Shown here: in pieces, positions 52,927 to 64,000 of the stretch
Layout: each line of letters opens with the position of its first letter
Numbering within the stretch: position 1 is the stretch's first letter
From: Octopus vulgaris
Taxonomy: Eukaryota
Direction: 5' to 3'
Length of the DNA: 64,000 nucleotides
NCBI GenBank assembly: GCA_951406725.2
Contig: OX597819.1
Span: 84,630,001-84,694,000 of the forward strand
Made by a program: the position numbers and the translations under genes
The notes under the pieces: generated by a model
Database searches by the model: none
The model's input: only the letters and a program-made list of their open reading frames with translations
What the model was told of the DNA's origin: nothing

Positions 52927-54399
52927 CTGCAGAGATAAATGATATTATTTATTTAGTATGGAAGGACATTTTCAAATATTATCAACAGACAAAAATTCAA
53001 GTAAAAGTCAACCACAATAACAGAAAGAACTAATTTAAGCAAAGAGCTCAAACTATCACAATCCACAAGGTTTTTGGACATACTCAAACATTCAATGTAC
53101 CACTTTTCAATATCATTATCAAATATTTTATCTAATTAATGATCAACTATTCAATCATGAAAAATAACTGTTAAGAGAAAATGCATAATAAATGTCCTGC
53201 ATAAACAGGTTGCATGTATACCAAATTCCTAACAGTATATGACAGGTACTTCTTTAATAACTTCTATGAAATTTCCCTCTTGTTTGCAAGATTCTTGATG
53301 TGAATTCATGCGTAGAAACAGATTTTGTTATATCTCAAGAGGGTCATTATACCAATAATAAGCGTACACACACTGGTTAAATTTCATTTCTTTATTATTA
53401 TTCGTCAATTTATTAGTTATTTAACCAACTAACTAAATCAATTTTTTTGATTAATCATTCAATTAATCAATCAACCAGTTGTATTCACCCAAAGATCTTT
53501 CACCACCATATGAGGCTTATTCAATGACAAGCCCTCTCTACTCCAAGTCAGTTTCAGCTCTGGTTAAAATAACATCTTTTATCTTTTACATGTTTCAGGC
53601 ATTAGACTGTGGCCGTGCTGGGGCACCACCTTGAAGAAATTTTAGTCGAATGAATTGACCCCAGTACTTTCTACTTTTTTAAGCCTGGTACTTATTCTAT
53701 CATTCTCTTTTGCCAAACTGCTCAGTTATGGGGACATAAACACACCAACACCAGTTGTCAAATGATGGTGGAGGACAAACACAGACATGAAGATGCACGC
53801 ACATGCACACGCACACACACACACACACACATGACAAGCTTCTTTCAGTTTCCATCTACCACATCCACTGACAAAGCAGAGGCTACAGTAGAAGATACTT
53901 GCCCAAGGTGCTACACAGTTGGACTGAACCCTGGAAACATTGTGGTTGGGAAGCAAGCTTCTTACCACACAGCCATGCCTGCACCTATATATACACACAT
54001 ATACAGGCATATGCCACTCTAAGTCATTAATTGGTTGCAAGTGACATGACTTAAGTCGAATTAACTCGTCTCAAGGCTAAACCAATAATAACCATTCCCA
54101 GTTCTGTACTTTATTTATGAATGCATTTTCAATAATACATGATTAATAAAAACCTATTTTAAGCTTACAAACAAATAATTTTTATTTTTTAATACAGTAC
54201 AGTAAAAAAAAAGTAATCTAAATTCATGAATACAATTTGGCGGTGTTTACCATACATCATGGTAAATGAATGCAGTTTGCAATAGAACATGGTAAAATAA
54301 AAGCCTTTTTTAAGCTCAAAAAACAAATTCAGTAATTATTATTATTTTGCAATAGTAAAAAAACTAAATTATTTCAAATTTACCAATACATACAAACAA

Positions 54400-55830
54400 T
54401 TTGGTGGTTTACATTGCGGATGTAGATGGCTATGATCATCAAAATCAACAGCTGACTGACTATTCTTGTCATTTGAAGCGCTTTAAAAAACTGGTTGAGA
54501 GGTCCTTGAACTATCTTCTTTTCCTTGAAGATTACATTATAAGGAGCAAAAGCTTCATAACAAGCCCCATAATCTTGGAAAAGTGTTGAGCATTTGGATC
54601 CATATCCTCGAACATAGAAAGACCTTTTTCAATATATGCAAATGCTTGGTGCATTTTCTTAATAGTAAGGTGATATGGCTCAGGTTCAACTTCTTCTTTA
54701 TTTTGCTGCTCGTGAAGCTCTATCAAATCCTCATTTGCCATTTTTCAAATAAATCTGTGAAATCCTCCTCCTCCAAATCCATTTTTTTGCTCGCAGTCAC
54801 CAACGTTTTGTTGATGGCAACATTATCAAACCCCTTAAAATCATTCACGAATTGCAGGTATAGCTTCTTCCATACCCCATTCATAGCTGTGCTCTGTACA
54901 TCATTCCACACCACTGTTATGTTCTGTACAGCCTTATAGATATCGTAACTCTTCCAAAAGTCATGAAGTGTAATGGACTCATCAAGATCAGTTGCAGCTA
55001 TTGCTTGCTGCTGTGTATGCTTCATATAGTAACACTTTAAGAGAGTAATTATTCCCTTATCCATTGGCTGTAGAAGAGATGTGGTGTTCAGAGAGAGGTA
55101 CATGACAGTAATGTTGGGGTCAAAATCTACAATGTTGTGCAGGTGGCCAGGAGCATTATCTGAGATAAGTAAAACCTTAAAAGGAATCCCCTTCTCCTTA
55201 CAGTACTTCTCGTTCTTCAGGGCACGAAGGTTGTGTGCATGATACACAAGCAATGGCTTTAACTTAAAATCTCCTGCACAATTACCTCCCAACATAATGG
55301 TCACACATTCTTTTGAGACCTTGTAGCCTGGAATAGTTTTCTCCTCCTTGGAAATGAATGAACAGTCTGGCAATTTTTTCCAATACAATCCAGTTTTGTC
55401 TACATTAAAAATCTGTTCAGGAAGAAGCTCGTTTTTTCGATGATTTTCTTTAATGCATTAGGAAATTCCGCTGCTGCTTGTTCATCAGCTGATACACTTT
55501 TACCTTGCTTTTTAATGGAGTGATAACTTCTTCGCTTCTTAAATCTCATGAACCATCCTAGACTTGTCTTGAACCCTATATCTTTCTCATCTGGATATTT
55601 TTTCTTCAGGTCCTCAAACAAAGACAACACTTTCTTTTGAATGACTTCTTGAGTAATAGTAGAGTGTTCTTCATCCCTGGGGCTTCAGATTTGATATAAG
55701 TTGTCTCACTCATCCCAAAAGATCGTGTAACTGCTACAACTTTTTCACCTTTTCCATGGCATTTTATCACAGCTGGTTTATGTTCCAGCACTGTAGCATG
55801 ACACTTAGTGATTTCACTATGAATTTTCTT
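54400..55830 (-). mobile_element. Tigger/pogo-type DNA transposon pseudogene in a MyD88 intron
   Basis: ORF pieces: FKTSLGWFMRFKKR (CENP-B-type HTH), YWKKLP...GGNCAGDFKLKPLLVYH, DNAPGH, NTTSLLQPMDKGII. Element ends not resolved. Confidence 0.9.
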
Positions 55831-56284
55831 AGGAGTCAGGGGGGGGGGGGGGCGAAAATTAAAGTCACAAATGAATGAGAATGAGAAAGTAGCTGATAAA
55901 CAGATGTAAACAAATCTGAATTCAAATCAATCGCAGGAGTGATAACAATGCCTAACGGTAGATATTGGAACTACAGTGCAATATGAGCTCCAAATGACCG
56001 ATAAATAAGACAACACAGCTGATTTCATGATTTCGTTCACTAAGGTACACTTCTTTATGATGTGTATCTTAACATTTACTGTACGTATCTTAATATGATT
56101 TTATATACTTTTATTCTTATTTATTGTGCACTAATATGATTTTATGTGCTTTTAACGGTTTTCTAGTGATTTTACGATTCCAATATTTGTGGCAGACAGA
56201 CGCAATGTCAAATTAAATGACTTCACTTGATTTTTATTCTTCCATATATTATTTTTGAAAACCGACGTATAATCGAGAATGACT

Positions 56285-56317
<33 letters not shown>

Positions 56318-56526
56318 TTGTATTCAGGAATGGTCATTATGCCAGTTTAGCCAATAAAAACACACGCACTATATATTTGGTGGTACTTTGCTTCAGCATT
56401 ATGTATTTTCTTCATTAATCTTAATCTTATTTCGGTCAGAGTTTATTGGCTAAACTGGCAAAATGACCATTCCTGAATACAACAATATCTGTTTCAACAC
56501 ACGATTTCACATCAAAAATCTTGCAA

Positions 56527-56565
<39 letters not shown>

Positions 56566-56605
56566 TTTATTTAAAATAAGCAAATGTTTTTCATTCTTTA
56601 CACAC

Positions 56606-56668
56606 CTGTACTCTCTTGCAAAGGTTCCTCCTTCAAATATCTGGATTCATATGCTTCCATGTCAAGTT
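56606..56668 (-). CDS. MyD88: MyD88 coding exon (start of intermediate domain): xLDMEAYESRYLKEEPLQEST
   Basis: Acceptor tttctcttcatttcag|AA, donor ACAG|gtgtgt. 63 nt, phase 1-1, open frame. Resembles the human MyD88 segment EDCQKY...EKPLQV and joins the next exon in frame. Confidence 0.8.
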
Positions 56669-58944
56669 CTGAAATGAAGAGAAACAAACTTTAAAAAAAA
56701 AAAATACAGATCCTGAGAATTTAGAAGCATTGCTTTTCTCAGCAAGTATTGTATGTCATCTGTGAACAGGATGTGTGTGTGTGTATGCATGTCTGTGTGC
56801 ATTACTGTGTCCTTGTTTTGAATTCATATGATAGTTGTAAACGGATGTCATCGTTATGCGAGCAGTGCCCTTTATTTCTAATATTTTGTGAAAGCATGTC
56901 TTGTCATGGGGAAATATTACCTTACTTGGAAACAGGTAAGGGTTGGTGAGAGGAAGGGCTTTCAGCTATTAGAAATCCACCTTGACAAATTCCATGTGAT
57001 CCATGCAATCATGGAAAAGTGGACGTCAAACAACAACAAGGATGATGATGTTACACAGACACAGACACACACACGATTGGTTTCCATGCAGTCTCCATCA
57101 ACCAACTTCACTTACAAGGTTTTGGTCAGCCTTGGGTGACCAGGATGTGAGATTGAACATGATTGCTAAGTGAGCTACTTAACCACACAGCCATGTGAAA
57201 TATGAAACAGCTGAGATTTTATTACAATGTATCTTTTAAAGAAGTAATGGTCACTTGATACACAATATCTTATGAAACAATAGAAAAAATATACAGGAAA
57301 AAGATAAAATGACCTTCCCAAGATACAACACAAAAAAATGAAAATGTAATACAATGAACTTATTAAGAAGGGAGTGCAGAATATTTTTTGTTTCATTTCA
57401 ATCCTTCTTTCTGAACTTATAATATGTAACTCTCATGGAAGTTTTTTTTTTCTTCCTTAAATAGAGAATATTTGACTATTAATAAAAGTACAAAACTTTC
57501 CATAGAACAAAACAAAAGCCCATGAAGACAGCAGTAGGTGAGTGTGAGGTGATCGTGGTGGTGTTAGTGGTGGAAGGGATGGGGGTGGCAGGGGCAGCAG
57601 TAGCAGTTGAGGTGGTGGTGAAGGTGACAACAATAGTGGAAGTGGTGATGATGGGGGCAGTAGTAGAGGTGGTGGTGGTGGTGGGAAGAAATGGTGGGAG
57701 TGGTGGAGGTAGTAGTAGTAGTAGCAGCAGCAGCAGCCATGATTACTGTTGTCTTCACAATAAGAATAGTAGTCTAGCATTTTATGTATGTATATAATAT
57801 ATCATTTCTCATATTACATTACAAAAAAACCCCCAAAATCTAGGCATGGCTGTGTGCTAAGAAGCTTTCCCAGGTTCAGTTCCATTGTGCATGACACCTT
57901 GGGCAAGTGTTTTCTACATTAGCCTTGGGTCAACCAAAGCCTTATGAGTGGATTTGGTAGATGGAAACTGAAAGAAGCCTGTCATATATAAACACACCAA
58001 CACTAGTTGTCAAGTAGTGGTGGTGGTGGGGGTACAAACACACACACACACACATACACACAAACACACACACACACATACACACACACATACATATATA
58101 TTATATCAGACACAAACACACATATATTATCATCGTCATCATTAACGTCTGCTGATGATGATGTGTGTGTGTGTGTTTGTGTCTGTGTCCCCCCCCCCCC
58201 ACCACTACTTGACAACTGGTGTTGGTAGAATAAGTACCAGGCTTAAAAAAATAAAAGAAGTACTGGGGCCCCGATTCATTTGACTAAAACTTCAAGTTAG
58301 TGTCCCAGCATGGCTGCAGTCTAATGACTGAAACAAGTAGCATGAAAATATATGGGATATATATATATATATATATTACCCCTTTGATAGGCTATGTGGT
58401 TTATTGTGATGTAGCCTTAATCATCATCATTTAATATCCGTTGTCCATGCTGGCATTGGTTGGAAGGTGTCACCAGAGCTGGCATGCTGAGGAGCTGCAC
58501 CAGACCCCAGTCTGATTTGACATGGTTTCTACAGCCGGATGCTTTTCCTAATGCCAACCACTTTACAGAGTGAGCTGGGTGCTTTCATGACATGACAATG
58601 TAGCGCATAGATAATTCAGTGCAGGGCATCTTTTTGAACTTGGGTAAAAGTTATTTTGGGGTTGGAAAAATTTCAATTATTTATTTTAAAACATGTAAAG
58701 ATAAATACAAAAAGAACTAAAAATGCTATATTATATTCTTTGAACTAATAATTAGCTAGTTAAATTTTCATAGGAGATTCGAAAGATGTAGTTATTGTTT
58801 CATATGGGCATGTGTATATATGTTTATGTTTTTTGCAGGTGTTTGTATATGTATGCTTTTTGTTTATGTACAGTTAATCTATGACTGCTGTGTTTGTAGG
58901 TTGCTTGTGCATGTATCTTAGATATACAATTAACACCAGTTGCT

Positions 58945-59280
58945 GAGACCCCCTTCGGTCAAGACTGACCATAGGATTGCACCTAGAAAGTTACCCTTCC
59001 AGGCACAAGTCCGAGCAAGGTTGTTTATGGAAGACCAGTAGTCGCCCATGCATACCAGCCTCCCCTCTCCACGCCATCAGTGTTATCCAAGGGAAAGACA
59101 AAGGCCAATATAGCTTGGCACCTGTGACATCACAACTCATTTCTACAGCTGAGTGAACTGGAGCAACATGAAATAAAATGTCTAGCACAAGAACACAACA
59201 CGCAGCCTGGTCCAGGATTCGAACTCACAACCTCACGAACGTAAGCTCGACACTCTAACCACTGAGCCATGCACCTTCAC
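58945..59280 (-). mobile_element. tRNA-derived SINE family D
   Basis: Head ggtgcatggctcagtggttagag...gttcgaatcctgg with A- and B-boxes; related copies at ~24493-24810(+) and 42930-43250(+). Confidence 0.8.
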
Positions 59281-59359
59281 TTACTAACACCAGTATAATG
59301 TAATAAATTACATATATTACATGTGCTGAATTGTCTATGCACTGAATTGTTGGTACTCC

Positions 59360-59660
59360 AGGTGCTTTTATGTGGAGCTGCATGGACACTTTTATATGAT
59401 ACCACATGGGTGCTTTTACATGGCACCACACAGGGGCTTTTACATTGCACTGCACAGATGCTTTTACATGGTGTTGTGCAAGCACTTTTATGTGGTGCTA
59501 CATAAGTGATTTTATGGAACTGCACGGGCACTTTTACATGGTACTGCATGGATGCTTATATGTGGAGCCACTCAGGTACCTTTAAATGGCTTTGCACAGG
59601 CACTTTTATGTGACATCAAATGGGTGCTTTTACATGGCACCACCATGAGTGCTTTTACAC
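59360..59660. repeat. Degenerate ~21-22-bp minisatellite (gcttttacatggcaccacacagg-like)
   Basis: Roughly a dozen diverged units. Confidence 0.75.
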
Positions 59661-59890
59661 CAGAGGGACCGGTCTTAACACTTCTGCTGCGGAGTACTGG
59701 TCTTCTTGAGGACAGCAAGGCACTAGGCATCTTGGTCCTTTGTCATCTTGCCTGAAAGGTTTAGTGTCCTGGTTGACCATTGCAAGAACCAACAATACCC
59801 TTGAAACATTCACTAGTAAATTCTGGACTGTTGTTCTTGGGTTTACACCAGTTCATTATTACCATCCTATGGTATCTACTCAGAGCTATA

Positions 59891-60295
59891 GGCGTAGGAA
59901 TGGCTGTGTGGTAAGTAGCTTGCTTCCCAATCACATGGTTCCGGGTTCAGTCCCACTGCATAGCACCTTGGGCAAGTGTCTTCTACTATAGCCTTGGGCC
60001 GACCAAAGCCTTGTGAGTGGATTTGGTAGACGGAAACTGAAAAGAGGCCCGTCGTATATATGTATATATATATTTATATATATGTGCATGTTTGTCCCCC
60101 CAACATCGCTTGACAACCGATGCTGGTGTGTTTACGTCCCTGTAACTTAGCGGTTCGGCAAAAAAGAGACTGATAAAATAAGTACTAGGCTTACAAAGAA
60201 TAAGTCCTGGGGTCGATTTGCTCGACTAAAGGCGGTGCTCCAGCATGGCCACAGTCACACGACTGAAACAAGTAAAAGAGTAAAAAGAGTAAAGA
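59891..60295 (+). mobile_element. tRNA-derived SINE family A (representative full copy)
   Basis: A-box TGGCTGTGTGG, B-box GGTTCAGTCCC, core ggcaccttgggcaagtgtcttc, internal microsatellite, tail gactgaaacaagtaaaagag. Other copies at ~17250-17610(-), 21848-22250, 22626-23000, 23530-23925(-), 30815-32890 (split), 36815-37210(-), 53580-53985(-), 57843-58340, 61765-62000(-), 63780-63990. Confidence 0.85.
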
Positions 60296-60914
60296 GAGCT
60301 AAATGGCTTCAACTATTGTGTTGAAAGGAGCTAAATAATTTGGTTATGGCAGAACAATGTAGTATCACAATGTTCATGATAAATATATGGACCACTGAAA
60401 TCTCATACGAGGTTGGCATTTCATCCCAGGTTAACTCTGATTGTGTGTAACTATAATCAGACACCTCAATCATAGTTTTCCTTCCTGTCTTTGTTTTTCA
60501 ACCATAGCATGTACTTAGGATTATACTATCTAATATATACATACATACATACATTTTTTTGTTTGCTTTTTTAAACACAAGTATTTTGAATAATATATAT
60601 TTCCTGTAAGTTGAGTGATTACATAAAGCCTCCTTTGTTAGTTTTTTGTAGTAATGTTGATGGTGTAAAAGATTAGCTTCAAATTAGCTCTGATGAAAAA
60701 GTCCTCTCTCTCTCACACACACACACCCACACATACACTTTTGCTGCTGCTTTGACACAAGAGTGTCTGTGAGGTTAAGATGCTTGCTTCCCAACCATGT
60801 GGTCTTGGGGTAAGTCCCACCATGTGGCACATTGAGCAAGGGTCTCCTACTTCAGCCATGGGCCAGCCATTGCCTTGTGAATGGATCTGGCAAAGAGAAA
60901 CTGCAAAAGCTTGT

Positions 60915-60961
<47 letters not shown>

Positions 60962-60979
60962 GCACATGTGTTGTGTGTG

Positions 60980-61480
60980 TTGGGTCATCTCATAAATAAT
61001 GAGGTGTTTTCAATTACATGAACTAAAAGTCAGAGGATTAACTACCTGCATCAACTTACTTTAAAAGCAGGTAGTAATTTTACTTTGTACTTATTCTTAG
61101 TGCAAGTTTTGAAGAGTGCAGTCCGATTTTAATAGCTAATTTTTTCAAAGCTATGATGGATGTGACAAAGGAGCATATTCGGCATATTTTGCTTTATGAG
61201 TTCAATAAAGGCAACAATGCAATGGAAAGTGCAAAGAATATTAATGCTGTACAATAAGCATAAACCAGAGTCAATGGAGATTCCAAAAATTCTGAGCAAG
61301 AAACAACCTAGAAGCCTTGTCCTGGAAGATCTTTAGAGCTTGACAAGGATGTCCTGCAAATGCTGGTGGAACAAAATCCCATCATAACTGTTGAGGAACT
61401 AGCAGAAAAGCTATTCATCAACCATTCATCAACACCTGCATGCCATCAGAAAAGTCAACAAATTGAGTGATGGGTTTCCT
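60980..61480 (+). mobile_element. 5' half of the same mariner family as 40208-42040
   Basis: Same TIR (TTGGGTCATCTCATAAATAATG) and MDVTKEHIRHILLYEFNKG; cut off by a SINE. Confidence 0.85.
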
Positions 61481-61686
61481 CACATGGCTGTGTGGTAAGA
61501 AGTTTATTTCCCAGTAATATGGTTCAAGGTTCAGTCCCACTGCATGATACCTTGGGCAAGTGTCTTTTACTATAGCCCTGGACCAACCAAAGCTTTCTGA
61601 GTGGATTTGGTTGACAGAAGCCGAAAGAAACACACACACATATATATCTATATGTGCGTGTATGTAAATGTTTATCTATGTGTGCT

Positions 61687-61717
<31 letters not shown>

Positions 61718-61722
61718 ATATA

Positions 61723-61763
<41 letters not shown>

Positions 61764-62031
61764 TTTCTTGTTCCAGTCATTTGACTGCAGCCATGATGGA
61801 GTACTGCCTTTAGTTGAAAAAATTCACTCCAGGACTTATTCTTTGTAAACCTAATACTTATTCTATTGGTCACTTTTGCTGAACTACTAAGTTATGTGGA
61901 TGTAAACACACCAACATCTATTGTCAAGTAGTGGAGGGGGGAGAAACACAGACACACAAATACATACATACGTACATATATATACATACATACATATATA
62001 TATATATACATACACGCATACATATATATAT

Positions 62032-62076
<45 letters not shown>

Positions 62077-62551
62077 TCTACACACACACACATATATTTA
62101 TATACAACGTTCAGATGGTGCTTTTTATGTACCACCGGCACGAGTATCATCATCATCATCATCGTTAAATGTCTGTTTTCCATGCTAGCATGGGTTGGAC
62201 GGTTCGACCAGGGTCTGGGAAGCCAGAAGGCTGCACCAGGCTCCAGTCTCATCTGGCAGTGTTTCTATGGCTGGATGCCCTTCCTAACGCCAACCACTCT
62301 GTGAGTGTAGTGGGTGCTTTTTACATGCCACCAGCACAGGTGCCAGGCAAAGCTGGCAACGGCCACGATCAGTTGGTGCTCTTTACATGCCACCGGCATG
62401 GAAGCCAGTCAAGGCAGCACTGGATTTCCATTTGATTTTTATTTTGATGTTGGTGTTGACGTACTTGACTCAATAGGTCTTCCCAAGAACAGTGGGTCAC
62501 TCTACGATCCAAGGTCCAAATACATATATAAATATACAAATACATATATAA

Positions 62552-62598
<47 letters not shown>

Positions 62599-62849
62599 TT
62601 AAAAATAGGATAAAATCTTTAAAAGAATTTTTCAAGTAGTCAGCATGAAAAACTTTATAAGGGAAAATTTTTTCATTATTCCCTTTAAATATATTTATTT
62701 ATATCAAGACACATAAAAATTCTTTTAAAGATTTTATCCTATTTTCAAATTGTAAATTTAACCGGAATATATTCAGTGCTGAATTTATTCTGAATATACA
62801 CGTGTACTGAGATGCAATTCGAAAAGCCCACCTCTTACATAGATATATC

Positions 62850-63260
62850 ATCATTATCATCATCATCATCGTTTAACATCCGCTTTCCATGCTAGCATGG
62901 GTTGGACGGTTCAACTGGGGTCTGGGAAGCCCGAAGACTGCACCAGGTCAGTCAGATCTGGCGGTGTTTCTACAGCTGGATGCCCTTCCTAACGCCAACC
63001 ACTCCATGAGTGTAGTGGGTGCTTTTTATGTGCCACCGACACAGGTGCCAGACGAGGCTGGCGAACGGCCATGCTCAGATGGTGTTTTTTACGTGCCACC
63101 AGCACGGAGACCAGGCGAGGCTGGCACGGCCACGATCGGATGGTGTTTGTTACGTGCCACCAGCATGGAGGCCAGTTAATGCGGTGCTGGCTACGGCCAC
63201 GTTCAGATGGTTCTCTTATGTGCCACCGGCACTGGTACCACAAACTACAAATTCCATCGA
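62850..63260 (-). mobile_element. Repeat family C (SINE/LINE 3' tail ending in (ATG)n, with variable internal ~58-bp tandem units)
   Basis: Conserved ggcgttaggaagggcatccagc.gtagaaacac and ccaacccatgctagcatggaaa..ggacgttaaa(tga)n. Copies at ~1138-1405, 2090-2380, 15341-15780, 16598-16915, 25138-25420, 32272-32578, 33459-33710, 41390-42000(+), 62146-62425. Confidence 0.8.
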
Positions 63261-63610
63261 TGTGGATCAATTTTGATTTTGGTGAACAACTCTATATACT
63301 ATGCTGGATACAGTTGGTGTTTGTCTGGTATATTGATTTTTTGTTCATTTTTATGTGTCTTGATTATACCTGCACTGATGATTAAAAAGTGCATTTTGTG
63401 CACTAATTATGAAATCATATGATTTGTGGCTGAATCTGTTTTTAAGGAGCTCGCTTCGAGAGTTGCATTCCCTCGCATTCGGTACAATGTGTTTATTATA
63501 GTAGTTTTGACTTTAAGAGTCTCTCATAGCATGAGGCATTTATGTATAGTAATGCCCTTAATATAAATAAATATATATATATATATACACACACACACAT
63601 ATATATATAT

Positions 63611-63739
<129 letters not shown>

Positions 63740-64000
63740 TATACATATATATATATGCACATATATATATATATAACTATGTGTATGTATCTTTGTGCTC
63801 ACTGCTTGACAACCAATGTTGGTTAGTTCATGTCCCTATAACTTAGTAGTTCAGTAAAAAGAAACTGACAGAATAAATACCAGGCTTAAAAAGGAATAAC
63901 TATTGGGGTCGATTTTCTTTGACTAAACCTTTCAATGGTGGTACCATAACACGGCTGCAGTTCAATGACGGAAATAAGTAAAAGATAACAGATAAATTTC

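Noticed and set aside
54723-55388. Domesticated TIGD/CENP-B-like host gene
   Set aside because: Several frameshifts and an internal deletion indicate a decayed Tigger copy.
57457-57797. Pro-rich, Val-rich and His-rich ORFs
   Set aside because: Degenerate (GGT/AGT/GCA)n low-complexity tract inside a MyD88 intron, with no convincing splice sites.
59200-59280. tRNA gene (also SINE heads at 24493, 30815, 59891)
   Set aside because: A/B boxes run straight into SINE bodies; no complete cloverleaf or terminator could be built.

Overview
AT-rich, repeat-dense animal genomic DNA. The tRNA-derived SINE families and the (TA)n/(CA)n/(CAT)n load suggest an octopus-like coleoid cephalopod (inference). 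The clearest gene is MyD88 on the minus strand. Five coding exons were read directly with canonical GT-AG junctions and matching phases (56606-56668, 52858-52926, 50676-50862, 48528-48619, 46571-46830); they encode the intermediate domain, the full TIR domain and a C-terminal extension. The death-domain exon was not found and probably lies beyond base 64000. A second, unidentified minus-strand gene is suggested by phase-compatible exons at 4143-4593 and 11-167, with weaker candidates at 26-28 kb. The rest is transposon-derived: mariner, Tc1/maT and Tigger remnants, hAT, piggyBac and mariner MITEs, two non-autonomous Helitrons, CR1/L2-group and RTE-like LINE pieces, several Penelope-like (PLE) RT and GIY-YIG remnants, and many SINEs. 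The most unusual signal is a recurring class of long fold-back (inverted-repeat) elements anchored in (TA)n tracts, together with several hammerhead-ribozyme-like cores of the PLE type. The best core is at 10342-10408, and one hairpin lies just downstream of the MyD88 stop codon. Most ORFs in the supplied track are microsatellite or SINE artefacts. All calls are by eye; no searches were run.
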